Origin: an uncultured Spirochaetota bacterium | Lineage (GTDB): Bacteria > Spirochaetota > Spirochaetia > SZUA-6 > Fen-1364 | DNA: 64,000 nt | NCBI GenBank assembly: GCA_963781885.1 | Contig: CAWAHW010000004.1 | Coordinates: 544,001-608,000, forward strand | Direction of reading: 5' to 3' | In this document: positions 1-9,914 of the stretch, one piece after another | Layout: every line of letters starts with the position of its first letter | Position numbering within the stretch: the first letter of the stretch is position 1 | The notes under the pieces: generated by a model | What the model was told of the DNA's origin: nothing | Seen by the model: the letters and a program-made list of their open reading frames with translations, nothing else | Databases searched by the model: none | Position numbers and translations under genes: made by a program

Positions 1-327
1 TATATCGAGGTAGTCCGCCCCTTCCAGCCTCTGGCTGAACTCCGATTCCCGCGGCCGGGTGAAGCAGAGATGGGTGTGCGGATCGACAAAGCCGGGAACC
101 ATGCACAAGCCGCGGCAATCGGTCTCCGACTCCAGCGTGCGCCGGCCGGGGTCGCCGAGCGCGCCGAGCACTGCCCCCTCATCGCCCACGGTGACAATGC
201 GCCCGTCCCGGCACAGGAGGGCCCCCGGGATGTACGCGGCCACCTCCGCCTGTGCACGGCCTGCCGCGGCTTTGCCAGGGTCCCCGGGCGTGTAGATCCT
301 CGCATTGCGGAAGAGCCTGAGACCCAT
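1..327 (-). CDS. hutI: Imidazolonepropionase, 5' part (runs off window)
   Basis: Manual translation MGLRLFRNARIYT...LCMVPGFVDPHTHLCFTRPRESEFSQRLEGADYLDI. Amidohydrolase HxH motif; lies downstream of hutU/ftcD. Confidence 0.9.
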   Translation of the reverse strand, partial: MGLRLFRNARIYTPGDPGKAAAGRAQAEVAAYIPGALLCRDGRIVTVGDEGAVLGALGDPGRRTLESETDCRGLCMVPGFVDPHTHLCFTRPRESEFSQRLEGADYLDI

Positions 328-331
328 GGCG

Positions 332-1240
332 CTAGCCCTGCATGTCCAGGAGGCGCAGGTCGAGCACCTGCGCGTCGTCGAATCCCGCGATCTGGAGGCA
401 ATGCGTGGCGGATGCAAGAAGCGCGGCGGCGGGAACCATCCCGTACACCTCGGTCTCCCGCACCTTCACACCCTGCTCGTGCGCTTTCTCACGCACCGCC
501 TGGAGCACGACGTGCAGCGGGGATGCGGCGAAATCGGTGACGTTGATGCTCACCTGGACGATGCCCTTCTCCTTCAAGGCAATGCCTACGGCTTTCACGC
601 CGGGGAGCCCGCCGCCAGAGGCGCGTATCGCCCGCGCGATGGAGCGCGCGATCGCCAGGTCGCTGCTTTCAAGATTGACGTTGAAGGCAACGAGAAAACG
701 GCGCGCTCCGATGGCTGTCGCCCCGGCGCTCGGATGAATGCGGGGACCGCCCACGTCGGGCTCCCTCCCAGGATCTTCGCATTCCCGCAGCAGTGCCTCG
801 AACTGGCCCCGTCTCACGTCTTCAAGCTTCCACCGGTCGGGCCGGCGCGCGGCGGCCTCGTAGAAGTAGACCGGCACGCCCGTTGCCTTCACGAAAGAGT
901 CGGCGAACGTGCGTGCAAGCTCGACGCACGCCTCCATGGAAATGCCGCGCACGGGCACGAAGGGGATCACGTCCACCGCGCCCATCCGGGGGTGCTCCCC
1001 GGTGTGCGTGCGCAGGTCGATGGCCGCGACGGCGACCTTTGCCGATGCGATCAACGCGGCCTGGAGCGGCTCCGGCTCACCGACGAGACTCACGACCAGC
1101 CTGTTGTGGTCGGGATCGGCGCGGCGATCCAGCAGGTAGACGCCCGGTGCGCCCTGAAACGGGGCAACCAGCGCGGCGATGACCTCCTGCCGCCGGCCCT
1201 CGCTGTAATTGGGGACGCATTCGACCAGCTGCCTGTTCAC
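332..1240 (-). CDS. ftcD: Glutamate formiminotransferase
   Basis: [21 protein letters not shown] and [18 protein letters not shown] motifs; hut context. Confidence 0.93.
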   Translation of the reverse strand: MNRQLVECVPNYSEGRRQEVIAALVAPFQGAPGVYLLDRRADPDHNRLVVSLVGEPEPLQAALIASAKVAVAAIDLRTHTGEHPRMGAVDVIPFVPVRGISMEACVELARTFADSFVKATGVPVYFYEAAARRPDRWKLEDVRRGQFEALLRECEDPGREPDVGGPRIHPSAGATAIGARRFLVAFNVNLESSDLAIARSIARAIRASGGGLPGVKAVGIALKEKGIVQVSINVTDFAASPLHVVLQAVREKAHEQGVKVRETEVYGMVPAAALLASATHCLQIAGFDDAQVLDLRLLDMQG

Positions 1241-2970
1241 GACCGCGCGTCCGCGCGTATCGCGCCCGTGCCGACCAGCGGCGTCTTCACGCCCCTCTCC
1301 CGCGCCGCCTCGATGGCGCGTTCATAGCCGGCATCGGCGTGCCGGATGATGCCCATGGCCGGGTCATTCCGCAGCACGGTGGTCACGCGCAGCTCCCCCT
1401 CGTCGGTGCCGTCCGCGAGCGTCACCTGCCCGGCGTGCAGGGAGTAGCCGATGCCCACGCCGCCTCCGTGGTGGAATGAGGTCCAGCTCGCGCCCGAGGC
1501 CACGTTCACCATGAGGTTGAGCAGGGGCCAGTCGGCCACCGCGTCGCTGCCGTCGCGCATCGCCTCGGTCTCCCGGTGGGGGGAGGCGACCGAGCCGGCA
1601 TCGAGATGGTCGCGGCCGATGACCAGCGGAGCGCGGACCCGGCCCGTGCGGACGAGATCGTTGAAGAGCTTCCCCGCCTTGTCCCGCTCGCCATAGCCCA
1701 GCCAGCAGATGCGGGCGGGCAGACCCATATGCTTCACCCGCTGCCCCGCCATGCGCAGCCAGCGGGTCATGCGCTGCTTGTGCGGGAAGCATGCCAGGAG
1801 CGCCTCATCGGTGGCCTCGATGTCGCGGGGGTCGCCGGAAAGCGCCGCCCAACGGAAGGGGCCTTCGCCGTCGCAGAAGAGGGGTCGGATGTACGCGGGC
1901 ACGAAGCCCGGGTAGGCGAATGCGTCGGCGACGCCTGCGCGCTGCGCCTGGCCGCGCAGGTTGTTGCCGTAGTCGAAGGCAATGGAGCCGTGCGCCTGCA
2001 TGGCAAGGATGGCGCGGCAGTGCCGGGCCATGGAATCCAGGGACGCCGCCGTGTAGCGGCCGGGGTCGGCGGCGCGCAGCGCGAGGGCCGCATCGAGACG
2101 CATGCCCGCGGGCACGTAGCCGCCCAGCTCGTCGTGCGCGCTGGTCTGATCGGTGACGACGTCGGGGATGAAGCCCAGCTCCACCATGCGGGGCAGGACG
2201 TCGGCCGCATTGCCAAGAAGACCGATGGAGAGCGGCTGCTTCCTTTGCGCCGCCTCGCGCGCCATCGCGATGGCCGCGGCGAGGTCCCCTGCCACCGCGT
2301 CGAGATAGCCCGTGTCGAGCCGGCGGCGGATGCGGCGCGGGTCCACGTCCACGCAGACCATCACGCCGTCGTTCATCGTCACGGCCAACGGCTGCGCGCC
2401 GCCCATCCCGCCCAGACCCGCGCTCACCGCGATGCGCCCGGCGAGCGATCCGCCGAAGTGCCGCTCGGCGAGCGCGGCGAAGGTCTCGAACGTTCCCTGG
2501 AGTATTCCCTGCGTGCCGATGTAGATCCAGGAGCCGGCCGTCATCTGGCCGTACATCATGAGACCGCGCGCCTCCAGGTCCCGGAAGTGCTCCCAGGTCG
2601 CCCACTTCGGCACGAGATTGGAATTGGCGATCATGACCCGTGGTGACATTCGGTGCGTGCGCAGGACGCCGACCGGTTTACCCGACTGCACGAGCAGCGT
2701 CTCGTCGTCGGCAAGAGAGAGGAGCGTGTCCACGATGGCGTCGAAGCAGGCCCAGGAGCGCGCCGCGCGTCCCGTCCCGCCGTAGACGATCAGCGCATCG
2801 GGGTTCTCCGCGTTTTCCGGGTCGAGGTTGTTGCAAAGCATCCGCAGGGCCGCCTCCTGGTGCCAGCCCTTGCAGTGCAGCTCCGTGCCGCGCGGCGCCC
2901 TGACCGGACGCGCCTTCCCACAGCCGATGCAGAGCTCTTCCCGAAGCCTCTCACCCGCAGTTCCTTCCAT
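1237..2970 (-). CDS. hutU: Urocanate hydratase
   Basis: [45 protein letters not shown] motifs. Start placed at ATG 2970 because a TATACT -10 box lies at 2991-2996. Confidence 0.96.
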   Translation of the reverse strand: MEGTAGERLREELCIGCGKARPVRAPRGTELHCKGWHQEAALRMLCNNLDPENAENPDALIVYGGTGRAARSWACFDAIVDTLLSLADDETLLVQSGKPVGVLRTHRMSPRVMIANSNLVPKWATWEHFRDLEARGLMMYGQMTAGSWIYIGTQGILQGTFETFAALAERHFGGSLAGRIAVSAGLGGMGGAQPLAVTMNDGVMVCVDVDPRRIRRRLDTGYLDAVAGDLAAAIAMAREAAQRKQPLSIGLLGNAADVLPRMVELGFIPDVVTDQTSAHDELGGYVPAGMRLDAALALRAADPGRYTAASLDSMARHCRAILAMQAHGSIAFDYGNNLRGQAQRAGVADAFAYPGFVPAYIRPLFCDGEGPFRWAALSGDPRDIEATDEALLACFPHKQRMTRWLRMAGQRVKHMGLPARICWLGYGERDKAGKLFNDLVRTGRVRAPLVIGRDHLDAGSVASPHRETEAMRDGSDAVADWPLLNLMVNVASGASWTSFHHGGGVGIGYSLHAGQVTLADGTDEGELRVTTVLRNDPAMGIIRHADAGYERAIEAARERGVKTPLVGTGAIRADARS

Positions 2971-3084
2971 CGCATTCCCCCGGTCATGCAAGTATAGCAG
3001 GAAACCCAGGGCGCGCGCGAGCAGTCCGGCCGCAGGCGCCCGGATTCTTCTTCATCGATGGGAGAAGCGCGCGAAAGACGGGGG

Positions 3085-3261
3085 TCAGATGCGGCGGGGT
3101 GCGGTGTGCTGCCTGTCCTGGCGGTCTTTTTTCATGCGCTCCTCGATGTACATCAGGAGCAGCCCTTCGAAGCTCAGCTTGCGCGATTGTGCTTCCAGCT
3201 GGAGGAACTCGTTCATCTCCTCAGAGACGCGAAGCTCGAGGCGGATGGTGACTTGCTTCAT
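3085..3261 (-). CDS. Small ribbon-helix-helix-like protein, 58 aa (below ORF-track cutoff)
   Basis: MKQVTIRLELRVSEEMNEFLQLEAQSRKLSFEGLLLMYIEERMKKDRQDRQHTAPRRI: alternating beta-strand then two helices. Promoter TTGACG-N17-TATCCT upstream. Confidence 0.6.
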   Translation of the reverse strand: MKQVTIRLELRVSEEMNEFLQLEAQSRKLSFEGLLLMYIEERMKKDRQDRQHTAPRRI

Positions 3262-3275
3262 ACTGTTCCGGGGTG

Positions 3276-3318
3276 AGGATAGAGCAAAGGATGCCGCGCG
3301 TCAATGCCGGCGTTGACG
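3276..3318 (-). promoter_or_regulatory. Sigma70-type promoter for the RHH ORF, overlapping a 20-bp near-palindrome
   Basis: -35 TTGACG (3299-3304), -10 TATCCT (3276-3281); CGTCAATGCC-GGCGTTGACG at 3299-3318. Confidence 0.5.
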
Positions 3319-3422
3319 GGCGGCACGCCGATCCGCGGTGCGCGGTCGCCGTGCTGCCGGCTGCGGCCTGTCGCGCTTGACTGCCGGGAGCATGGGGATT
3401 AACGTTTGTGTGAGGAAACCCC

Positions 3423-3713
3423 ATGAGCACGATCGTCCCTTTGAAGGAAAAATCTTTGCCGGAAAACTGCCTGGTCTTCAAGCATTCCACCACCTGTCCG
3501 ATTTCCGCGTCCGCCGCGGAGGAGGTCCGCGGTCTCACGACGACCCTCCCCGTCATGTGGATCAACGTGCGCGAGCAGCGTGAGCTGTCCAACTGGGTCG
3601 CAGAGACCTACGGCGTCGTGCACGAATCGCCGCAGCTCATCCTCATGCGCGACGGAAAGCCGGCACAGGTGTGGAGTCACTACGACGTGAAGGCGGCCAA
3701 CGTCCCTTCCTGA
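3423..3713 (+). CDS. ytxJ: Monothiol thioredoxin-fold protein, YtxJ/BrxC family
   Basis: VFKHSTTCPIS and VVHESPQ motifs; upstream TTGACT-N17-TAACGT and RBS. Confidence 0.85.
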   Translation: MSTIVPLKEKSLPENCLVFKHSTTCPISASAAEEVRGLTTTLPVMWINVREQRELSNWVAETYGVVHESPQLILMRDGKPAQVWSHYDVKAANVPS

Positions 3714-3725
3714 AGAGCGACGGGA

Positions 3726-3751
3726 AATCCAAAACCCTCCTGCGCCCGTAT
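3726..3751 (+). promoter_or_regulatory. ECF (SigK-type) promoter upstream of the TPR gene
   Basis: AATCC-N16-CGTAT, same motif and spacing as the site upstream of rskA. Confidence 0.65.
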
Positions 3752-3789
3752 GGAAAGACGGGGAGTGCAAACCCCAGGAGGAATACACA

Positions 3790-4278
3790 GTGCGAAAATC
3801 GATGATCATACTTCTCGGACTCTTCTCCGCCGCGCTCGTCTTTGCGTCGGGCTCAAGCGGCGGCTCCACCGGAACCAGCGGGACAAGCAGTGGCGCCTCG
3901 ATGAGCGCCGGCTCCCCGAAGACGGCCCTGGACTGGTACAACATGGGCTATGACGCCGCCCAGTCGCAGCGTTACCAGGAAGGGGTCACGGACTTCAACA
4001 AGGCCATCGCGCTGAAGTCCGACTACGCCGAGGCGTACAACATGCTCGGGTTCTGCACGCGCAAGCTGGGCAATGTCCCGCAGGCCATGACCTACTATGA
4101 CACGGCGCTGCGGCTGAAGCCGAATTTCCCCGAGGCGCGCGAGTACTACGGTGAGGCCTATCTCCAGCAGGGCAATCTCGCAAAGGCCGTGCAGCAGTAC
4201 ATCATTCTGGAGAAGGCGGGCACCAAGAACGCCGGCGAGCTCCTGGACCAGATCGCGCTGTTCGTGAACAAGGGCTGA
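3790..4278 (+). CDS. Exported tetratricopeptide-repeat protein
   Basis: Signal peptide, Ser/Gly linker, TPR units (YAEAYNMLG...ALRLKPNFPEAREYYGEAY); AGGAGG RBS. Confidence 0.85.
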   Translation: MRKSMIILLGLFSAALVFASGSSGGSTGTSGTSSGASMSAGSPKTALDWYNMGYDAAQSQRYQEGVTDFNKAIALKSDYAEAYNMLGFCTRKLGNVPQAMTYYDTALRLKPNFPEAREYYGEAYLQQGNLAKAVQQYIILEKAGTKNAGELLDQIALFVNKG

Positions 4279-4283
4279 CCGTC

Positions 4284-4709
4284 ATGGGAGCGGCACCCGT
4301 CACGCATCCTCTGGCGGACGACATCGGCCGGCTCGTGGTGCGGCTGATGGTGGCGGGACTTATCCTGTTTCACGGGATCGACAAGATCCTGCACGGTATC
4401 GGGTGGATGCAGGGACCCCTCAAGGCCCTGCACCTGCCCTTTTTTGTCGCCTACGGCGTCTTTATCGGGGAGGTCGTCGCCCCTCTCTTCGTCGCCGCGG
4501 GCGTGCTTACTCGCATCGGCGCCCTCTTCATGGCCTTCAACATGATCATGGCCCTGACGCTCGATGCTGGACGATTCATCCTCACGATCAATCGCGGGGG
4601 GGGCTGGGGGATCGAGCTTGAAGCGTTCTATCTCCTGGGCTCGGTGGCCATCGCCCTCCTGGGTCCCGGGCGATTCGCGCTCATGCCGCGCACGACGTCG
4701 CAGAGATAG
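4284..4709 (+). CDS. DoxX family membrane protein
   Basis: GRLVVRL...LFHGIDK, GEVVAP, GPGRFAL; four hydrophobic segments. Confidence 0.85.
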   Translation: MGAAPVTHPLADDIGRLVVRLMVAGLILFHGIDKILHGIGWMQGPLKALHLPFFVAYGVFIGEVVAPLFVAAGVLTRIGALFMAFNMIMALTLDAGRFILTINRGGGWGIELEAFYLLGSVAIALLGPGRFALMPRTTSQR

Positions 4710-4724
4710 CACGCAACGGATCGT

Positions 4725-5499
4725 TCAGGGGGCGCTCTTTGCCACGAGCGTCCCGGACGGTTTCAGGCTCCCGCCGGCAGGCTCGATCGTGATCCCGATG
4801 GATGTGAATTCCTTGAAATCCTTCGGCACGTCCAGGAGCAGGTTGCCATAGCCGTCGGTGCTTACGCCGAATATTCCGCCGCTGCGCTGGTCCTCTTTCC
4901 TGTACAACCAGAGCTGGTAGGTCTGCGACGCATCCAGTCGATCGCAGACCGCGCACGGCGAGCACACCCCCATTGTCCTGCGGATCGAGCACGATGGTGC
5001 CAAAGGCGCCCGTCCCGGCGTTCACACCGACCAGGACGATCTGGGTGAGACCGGGGACGGATGCCGTCCGGCCCACGGCGGCGGCATGCTGCCACTGGAT
5101 GATATTGCCCGCGCCAAGCACGAGCACGACACCCGCTGCGAGCGCCCCGAGCAGGCGATTCCCCGATCGGCGCCACCACGACGATGCGCGGCCACGCGCA
5201 TCTTGCGCTTCCGTGGCGTTTGTCTGGGTCGAGCGGCCGGTCACCGTGAGCGGCTCACGGGCGCTTCCCGCTGCCGCGCTTTGCACGCGGCGCATCAGCT
5301 TCTCTTCCAGGTCCGCGGGAGGTTCCACGGCCGGAAGAGCAAGCGCGAGACTGCCGAGCATCCGCTCCAGCTCTTCCAGCTGCCCGCTGCAGGCGGCACA
5401 CGAGGCGAGGTGGGAGCGCACGCGTCCAGCTTCCCTGTCGTCGAGACAGCCGAAGGCGAAATCCTGAAGTGTGTCGCGGTCGGGATGATTGTCGCTCAT
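4725..5499 (-). CDS. rskA: Anti-sigma-K factor RskA-like (frameshift near 4943)
   Basis: HLASCAAC zinc motif and TM helix; C-terminal YQLW...ITIEPAGGSLKPSG is in another frame after one extra base. Confidence 0.85.
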
Positions 5500-5536
5500 C
5501 TGCTTTGTATCAGGGGTCTTCCCCGCCCATACACAT

Positions 5537-5562
5537 ATACGCACGGCCGCGGCAAAGGGATT
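5537..5562 (-). promoter_or_regulatory. ECF (SigK-type) promoter upstream of rskA
   Basis: Minus strand reads AATCC-CTTTGCCGCGGCCGTG-CGTAT (N16). Confidence 0.65.
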
Positions 5563-5563
5563 G

Positions 5564-6127
5564 TCACGTGTTCTCCTCCGCAAGCATGTCGCGCAGCCTC
5601 CGCAGCGCGTCGCGCATCCTCGTTTTCACCGTGCCCAGAGGGTCGCCGAGCCGCTCGGCAATCTCCTGGTGCGTGAGCCCCTGGAAAAAACCCAGCGCGA
5701 GCACGCGCAGGAGCGCGGGGGGCAGCGTCGCGACGGCGGCGCGGACGCGCAGGCGCAGGGCAGCGACCTGCGCCGTGTCACCAGGATCCGCGGCATGCGG
5801 GTCCCGCAGGCTCTCCAGAAGCGCGTCGGTGTCCTGCGCCTGCCCGGGCCGCGCCGATGCCCGGCGCAACGCATCGATCGATCCGTTGCGTGCGATGCGC
5901 GCGATCCACGTGGCGACTTTGGCCTTTTCGGGACGATAGGTGTCGGCCCGGTTCCACACCCGCAGGAAGACGTCCTGAGTGACTTCTTCCGCCGTGAGAG
6001 AGTCGCGGCAGATGCCCAGCGCAATGCCGTAGACGATGCGTCCATGTCGGCGGTAGAGCTCGCGCATCGCCGCGGCGTCTCCTCCCGCGACGCGCCGGAT
6101 CAGCTCGTCGTCCTGCTCGCCAGCCAT
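5564..6127 (-). CDS. sigK: ECF RNA polymerase sigma factor, SigK-like
   Basis: AEEVTQDVFLRVW, region-4 GLTHQEIAERLGDPLGTVKTRMR; adjacent RskA. Start at ATG 6127 is 6 nt after TACACT. Confidence 0.85.
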   Translation of the reverse strand: MAGEQDDELIRRVAGGDAAAMRELYRRHGRIVYGIALGICRDSLTAEEVTQDVFLRVWNRADTYRPEKAKVATWIARIARNGSIDALRRASARPGQAQDTDALLESLRDPHAADPGDTAQVAALRLRVRAAVATLPPALLRVLALGFFQGLTHQEIAERLGDPLGTVKTRMRDALRRLRDMLAEENT

Positions 6128-6235
6128 CAGGAGAGTGTAGGGCGAATCATCGGCCATCCGTCAAGGGCGACGCCGCTGCACGGCATCCCCGGGCAGGAAG
6201 CGGCCGACGCGGCGGAGAGCGATCGCCCCGTCATC

Positions 6236-6976
6236 TCATCCCTGCCGGGCAAAAGGGTTGAAGTTGGTCTTTCGATCGTACCAGTCCTCGTGCTCGGCGC
6301 CCTTCAGGAATGCGACGATGCGGTACGTGACGGGGGTCATCACCACCTCGATGGCGACCTTGAAAATGTAGTTGGTAAGCACGAGGGTGAGGAAGAGCGA
6401 CCAGGGGAAAACCCCCGTGACGCTCGCGATGGAGATGAACGCGGCGCTGTCGACGGCTTCTCCCACGAGCGTGCTCCCGACCGTGCGCGTCCAGAGCCAT
6501 CGGCCGTTCGTGAGCACCTTCATGCGGGCGAGCACGAAGGAATTGCTGAACTCGCCCGCCCAGTACGCCGCGAGGCTTGCGAGCACGATACCGCCCGTAC
6601 TCATGCCGCCCAAGGCCTGTTCGAACGCCGCCTGGCCGCCCGCCGCCTTCCAGGTAGCCTCGCCGGGCATGATGCGCACGAGCCACAGCACGCCGGCGCT
6701 CACGGCAAGGCACGCGAAACCCGTCCAGATCACCCGCCGCGATCGTCGATAGCCGTAGACCTCCGTGAGGATGTCGCCGAATATGTAGCTCACGGGGAAA
6801 AGGATCGTGCCGCCGTCGAATGCCAGGCGCACGCCGAACAGGGACACGCCCCAGTCGACGATCTTCGCGGAGGAGGCGACATTGCTCACGATGAGCACCG
6901 TGACGAATGCCGCCATGACAAGGTCGAAGTAGCGATATTGCCGGTCTGCGCCGGCGAGGTCCATGCGCCGCATCAC
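6236..6976 (-). CDS. yhhQ: Queuosine precursor transporter (VUT/YhhQ family)
   Basis: FPVSYIFGDILTEVYG, LWTRTVGSTLVGEAVDS, TNFNPF. Confidence 0.9.
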   Translation of the reverse strand: MMRRMDLAGADRQYRYFDLVMAAFVTVLIVSNVASSAKIVDWGVSLFGVRLAFDGGTILFPVSYIFGDILTEVYGYRRSRRVIWTGFACLAVSAGVLWLVRIMPGEATWKAAGGQAAFEQALGGMSTGGIVLASLAAYWAGEFSNSFVLARMKVLTNGRWLWTRTVGSTLVGEAVDSAAFISIASVTGVFPWSLFLTLVLTNYIFKVAIEVVMTPVTYRIVAFLKGAEHEDWYDRKTNFNPFARQG

Positions 6977-7025
6977 GCACCAATATAGCGCGAACGGCTC
7001 TCAGAGGCACCCCGCGCCGGCGCGC

Positions 7026-8474
7026 TCAGCCGTATCTCACGTAGACCGTCTTGTGCTCGGTGAAGAACTGGATGCCGCTCTCCCCCGCCTCCGGCAGGCC
7101 GTAGCCCGACGCCTTCACACCGCCGAAGGCGAATGCAGGCTCCTTGTAGGCAGTAGGCATGTTGACGTGCATGAGCCCCGCGGAAACCCGGTCCACGAAT
7201 GCGAGGCCCTTCTCTATATCGCGCGTGTAGACGGAGGCGGACAGCCCGAAGTCAACCTCGTTGGCCAGCGCAACGGCCTCATCGAAGGACGCGATCTCCA
7301 TGACGCTCAGGACCGGTCCGAATATCTCCTCGCGCGCAATGCGCATGCCGGGGGTGACGCCGGCAAAGACCGTCGGTGCCACGAAGCAGCCGCGCGCAAG
7401 CTGCCCTTCCGTCGCGCGCGCTCCCCCGACGCACAGACGGGCCCCTTCCTTCTTCCCCACCTCGATATAGCGCAGAACGTTGTCGAGCTGCTCGGTGCCG
7501 CAGACCGGTCCCATGGCCACCCCTTCGTCCAATCCGTTGCCCAGCGTCATCGCGGCGACGCGCGTCTGCACGCGATGGAGAAGATCCTCCGCGACCGATC
7601 GCTCGACGATGAGGCGGCTGGTCGACGTGCACCACTGGCCCGCGCAGGCGTATGCTGCCTCGACGGCGGCGGCCGCGGCCTGCTCGATGTCCGCGTCGGC
7701 AAGCACCACGAGGGGGTTCTTTCCGCCCATCTCGAGCTGTGTCCTGATCATCGCTTCCGCGGCGACGCGGTGGATGCGGCGGCCGACCTCGGTCGATCCC
7801 GTGAAGGAAATGGCGCGCACCTCGACCGCGCTCGTGAGCTCCTGGCCGAGCGTGGAGCCCCCTCCCACCACCATGTTGATCACACCGGGCGGGAAGCCCG
7901 CCTCCTCGAACAGGGCCGTAAAAATGCGGCCCACGCCGGGTGTCAGGCTGGAAGGCTTGAAGACGCACGTGTTGCCCGCCATGAGGGCGGGCGTCACCTT
8001 GCGGCAGGGAACGTTGAAGGGGAAATTCCACGGGCTGATCACCGCGACGACCCCGAGCGGCTCGCGTCTTTCATAGGCCAGGACCCCTTCCTTCATTGTC
8101 GGGGGCATCCTCCCTTCGGTGCGCGCGCCTTCCTGGACCTGGTACTCCATTTCTCGAAACGCCGACTGGACCTCGCCGCGCGATTCCCGGAGGGTCTTCC
8201 CGTTCTCCTGCGTGAGGATGCGCGCGATCTCCTCGGCGCGGCGCAGGAGGGCGGCGAGCAGCTTTGTGAAAAGCTCGGCCCGTCGGGCAGGCCGCAATGC
8301 GCGCCACGAGGGAAAAGCGGCCTGCGCGGCCTCGATCGCGGCGCGGGCGTCTTCCCGTCCGCCCTGCGGCCACACCCCTGTGATCTCGTCGAGGGCGGCG
8401 GGATTGCGCTGCTCAAAAGACCGCGACGCGGTGGATTCGATCCACTTTCCATCGATGAACTGCCTGTTGCGCAT
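7026..8474 (-). CDS. Aldehyde dehydrogenase (2,5-dioxopentanoate/KGSA dehydrogenase-like)
   Basis: PWNFP, FTGSTEVG, LEMGGKNP, GQWCTS, EEIFGP. Confidence 0.9.
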   Translation of the reverse strand: MRNRQFIDGKWIESTASRSFEQRNPAALDEITGVWPQGGREDARAAIEAAQAAFPSWRALRPARRAELFTKLLAALLRRAEEIARILTQENGKTLRESRGEVQSAFREMEYQVQEGARTEGRMPPTMKEGVLAYERREPLGVVAVISPWNFPFNVPCRKVTPALMAGNTCVFKPSSLTPGVGRIFTALFEEAGFPPGVINMVVGGGSTLGQELTSAVEVRAISFTGSTEVGRRIHRVAAEAMIRTQLEMGGKNPLVVLADADIEQAAAAAVEAAYACAGQWCTSTSRLIVERSVAEDLLHRVQTRVAAMTLGNGLDEGVAMGPVCGTEQLDNVLRYIEVGKKEGARLCVGGARATEGQLARGCFVAPTVFAGVTPGMRIAREEIFGPVLSVMEIASFDEAVALANEVDFGLSASVYTRDIEKGLAFVDRVSAGLMHVNMPTAYKEPAFAFGGVKASGYGLPEAGESGIQFFTEHKTVYVRYG

Positions 8475-8653
8475 CGGGGCTCCTTTGTGAAAATCGGATG
8501 CAATCCACGGATGTCATACCTGAGTACGGGAGGATGCTCAAGGCCACGGCAAGGGCAGGCCGCGCCTCCACGCGCGGGGCCGGGGTCTCATCGCGTTGCG
8601 TCGCGCCTTGACAGCGCGTTGACAAGCCCCTACGATTTTGGAGCGGCACGCCT

Positions 8654-9037
8654 ATGTCATGGAAAAACGTCTACGTCCCCGACACGCACATCATCCATGT
8701 CACCGTGAGCGGTCTCGTCGACCGACGGCAGTGGGAGAAGCAGCTGCCGTCGTCGATCAAGGAGGCGGCGCTCCATTCCTGCTATCGCTTCCTCGTCGAC
8801 TATCGCAAGGCTGATCTCCAGCTCGGCCTGCTCGATCTCTATGACCGACCCGCATACTATGAAAAGGCCGGCATGCCGCGCAGCGCGCGCATCGCCCTTC
8901 TTTTCGCCCCGACGGCAAAGGATACGGACTTCATCGAGACGGTCACGTCCAACCGCGGATATTCGGTGCGGGTCTTCCGCGAGATGGAGCCCGCGGTTGT
9001 CTGGCTTCGCGAAGGTCCACTCCCGCCGAACGCGTGA
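8654..9037 (+). CDS. Hypothetical protein, STAS/SEC14 (SpoIIAA-like) fold
   Basis: FLVDYR...RIALL...FIET...VRVF...AVVWL pattern. Confidence 0.6.
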   Translation: MSWKNVYVPDTHIIHVTVSGLVDRRQWEKQLPSSIKEAALHSCYRFLVDYRKADLQLGLLDLYDRPAYYEKAGMPRSARIALLFAPTAKDTDFIETVTSNRGYSVRVFREMEPAVVWLREGPLPPNA

Positions 9038-9046
9038 ACCGGGCGC

Positions 9047-9847
9047 TCAGGGAGCCTGCCCGTACAGCGCGCGCGTGCTGCGGCCCATCATGGAGACGGT
9101 TGCCGCGCGCGGCATCAGCCTGCTCATCATCGCGTGCGCCATGCGGCTCATGAGTCCCGGCACGAGCACCCTCTTCCTGCCGAGCCCCTGCACGGCGAGG
9201 CACGCGACAACCTTTGGCTCCAGGGAGAGCGGAACTTTCTTGTCCGCCGGATGGCCGTCGGAGAGGAAGTGCGGCGTCCGCACGACCGCCGGGCAGCAGA
9301 CCAGGGTGTCCACCCCCACCGCCGCGAGCTCGTCGCCCGCTCCCTCCACCAGCGTGAGGAGAAAAGACTTCGTGGCGCCATAGACCGAGACGACCGGCGA
9401 TCCCTGGAATGCCGCCATGCTCGACATCACGATGATGCCGCCGCGGCCGCGGGCCGCCATCAGCCGGCCGTAGCCATGCACCAGCCCGAGGACGGAGGCG
9501 CAGTTGACGTCGAGCATGCGCCGGTAGTCCGCCATGACCGGCGCGAGAAACGGCCCGGTGTAGGTCACGGCAGCGTCGCAGACGAGCGTCCCGATTTCAA
9601 GGCCGTCCGTCCCGCGCAGGAGAGAATCCGCCGCGTCCTTGTCCGCGAGATCCTGCACGATCGTCCGCACCTCGACGCCGTGATCCGTGCGCAGCCCTGC
9701 CGCGGCACGCTCCAGCGCATCCTTCCTGCGGGCAACAAGCACGAGGTTCAGCCCGCGTGCCGCAAGCTCACGGGCAAATGCCTCCCCCAACCCCTCCGAG
9801 CCTCCGGCGACGAGCCCCCACGGTCCATATTTCTGCACAAACGACAT
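9047..9847 (-). CDS. Short-chain dehydrogenase/reductase
   Basis: AGGSEGLG, MSS, YGATK; AGGAGG RBS. Confidence 0.88.
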   Translation of the reverse strand: MSFVQKYGPWGLVAGGSEGLGEAFARELAARGLNLVLVARRKDALERAAAGLRTDHGVEVRTIVQDLADKDAADSLLRGTDGLEIGTLVCDAAVTYTGPFLAPVMADYRRMLDVNCASVLGLVHGYGRLMAARGRGGIIVMSSMAAFQGSPVVSVYGATKSFLLTLVEGAGDELAAVGVDTLVCCPAVVRTPHFLSDGHPADKKVPLSLEPKVVACLAVQGLGRKRVLVPGLMSRMAHAMMSRLMPRAATVSMMGRSTRALYGQAP

Positions 9848-9914
9848 TCCGGCCTCCTGCTGCATTCTTTCATTTTCCAATATCGGGAAAGATCAGGCGG
9901 CAGGCAACCCCGGC

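Noticed and set aside
6977-7025. PreQ1 riboswitch upstream of yhhQ
   Set aside because: No preQ1 stem or A-rich tail, and a TATATT -10 lies only a few nt from the start codon.
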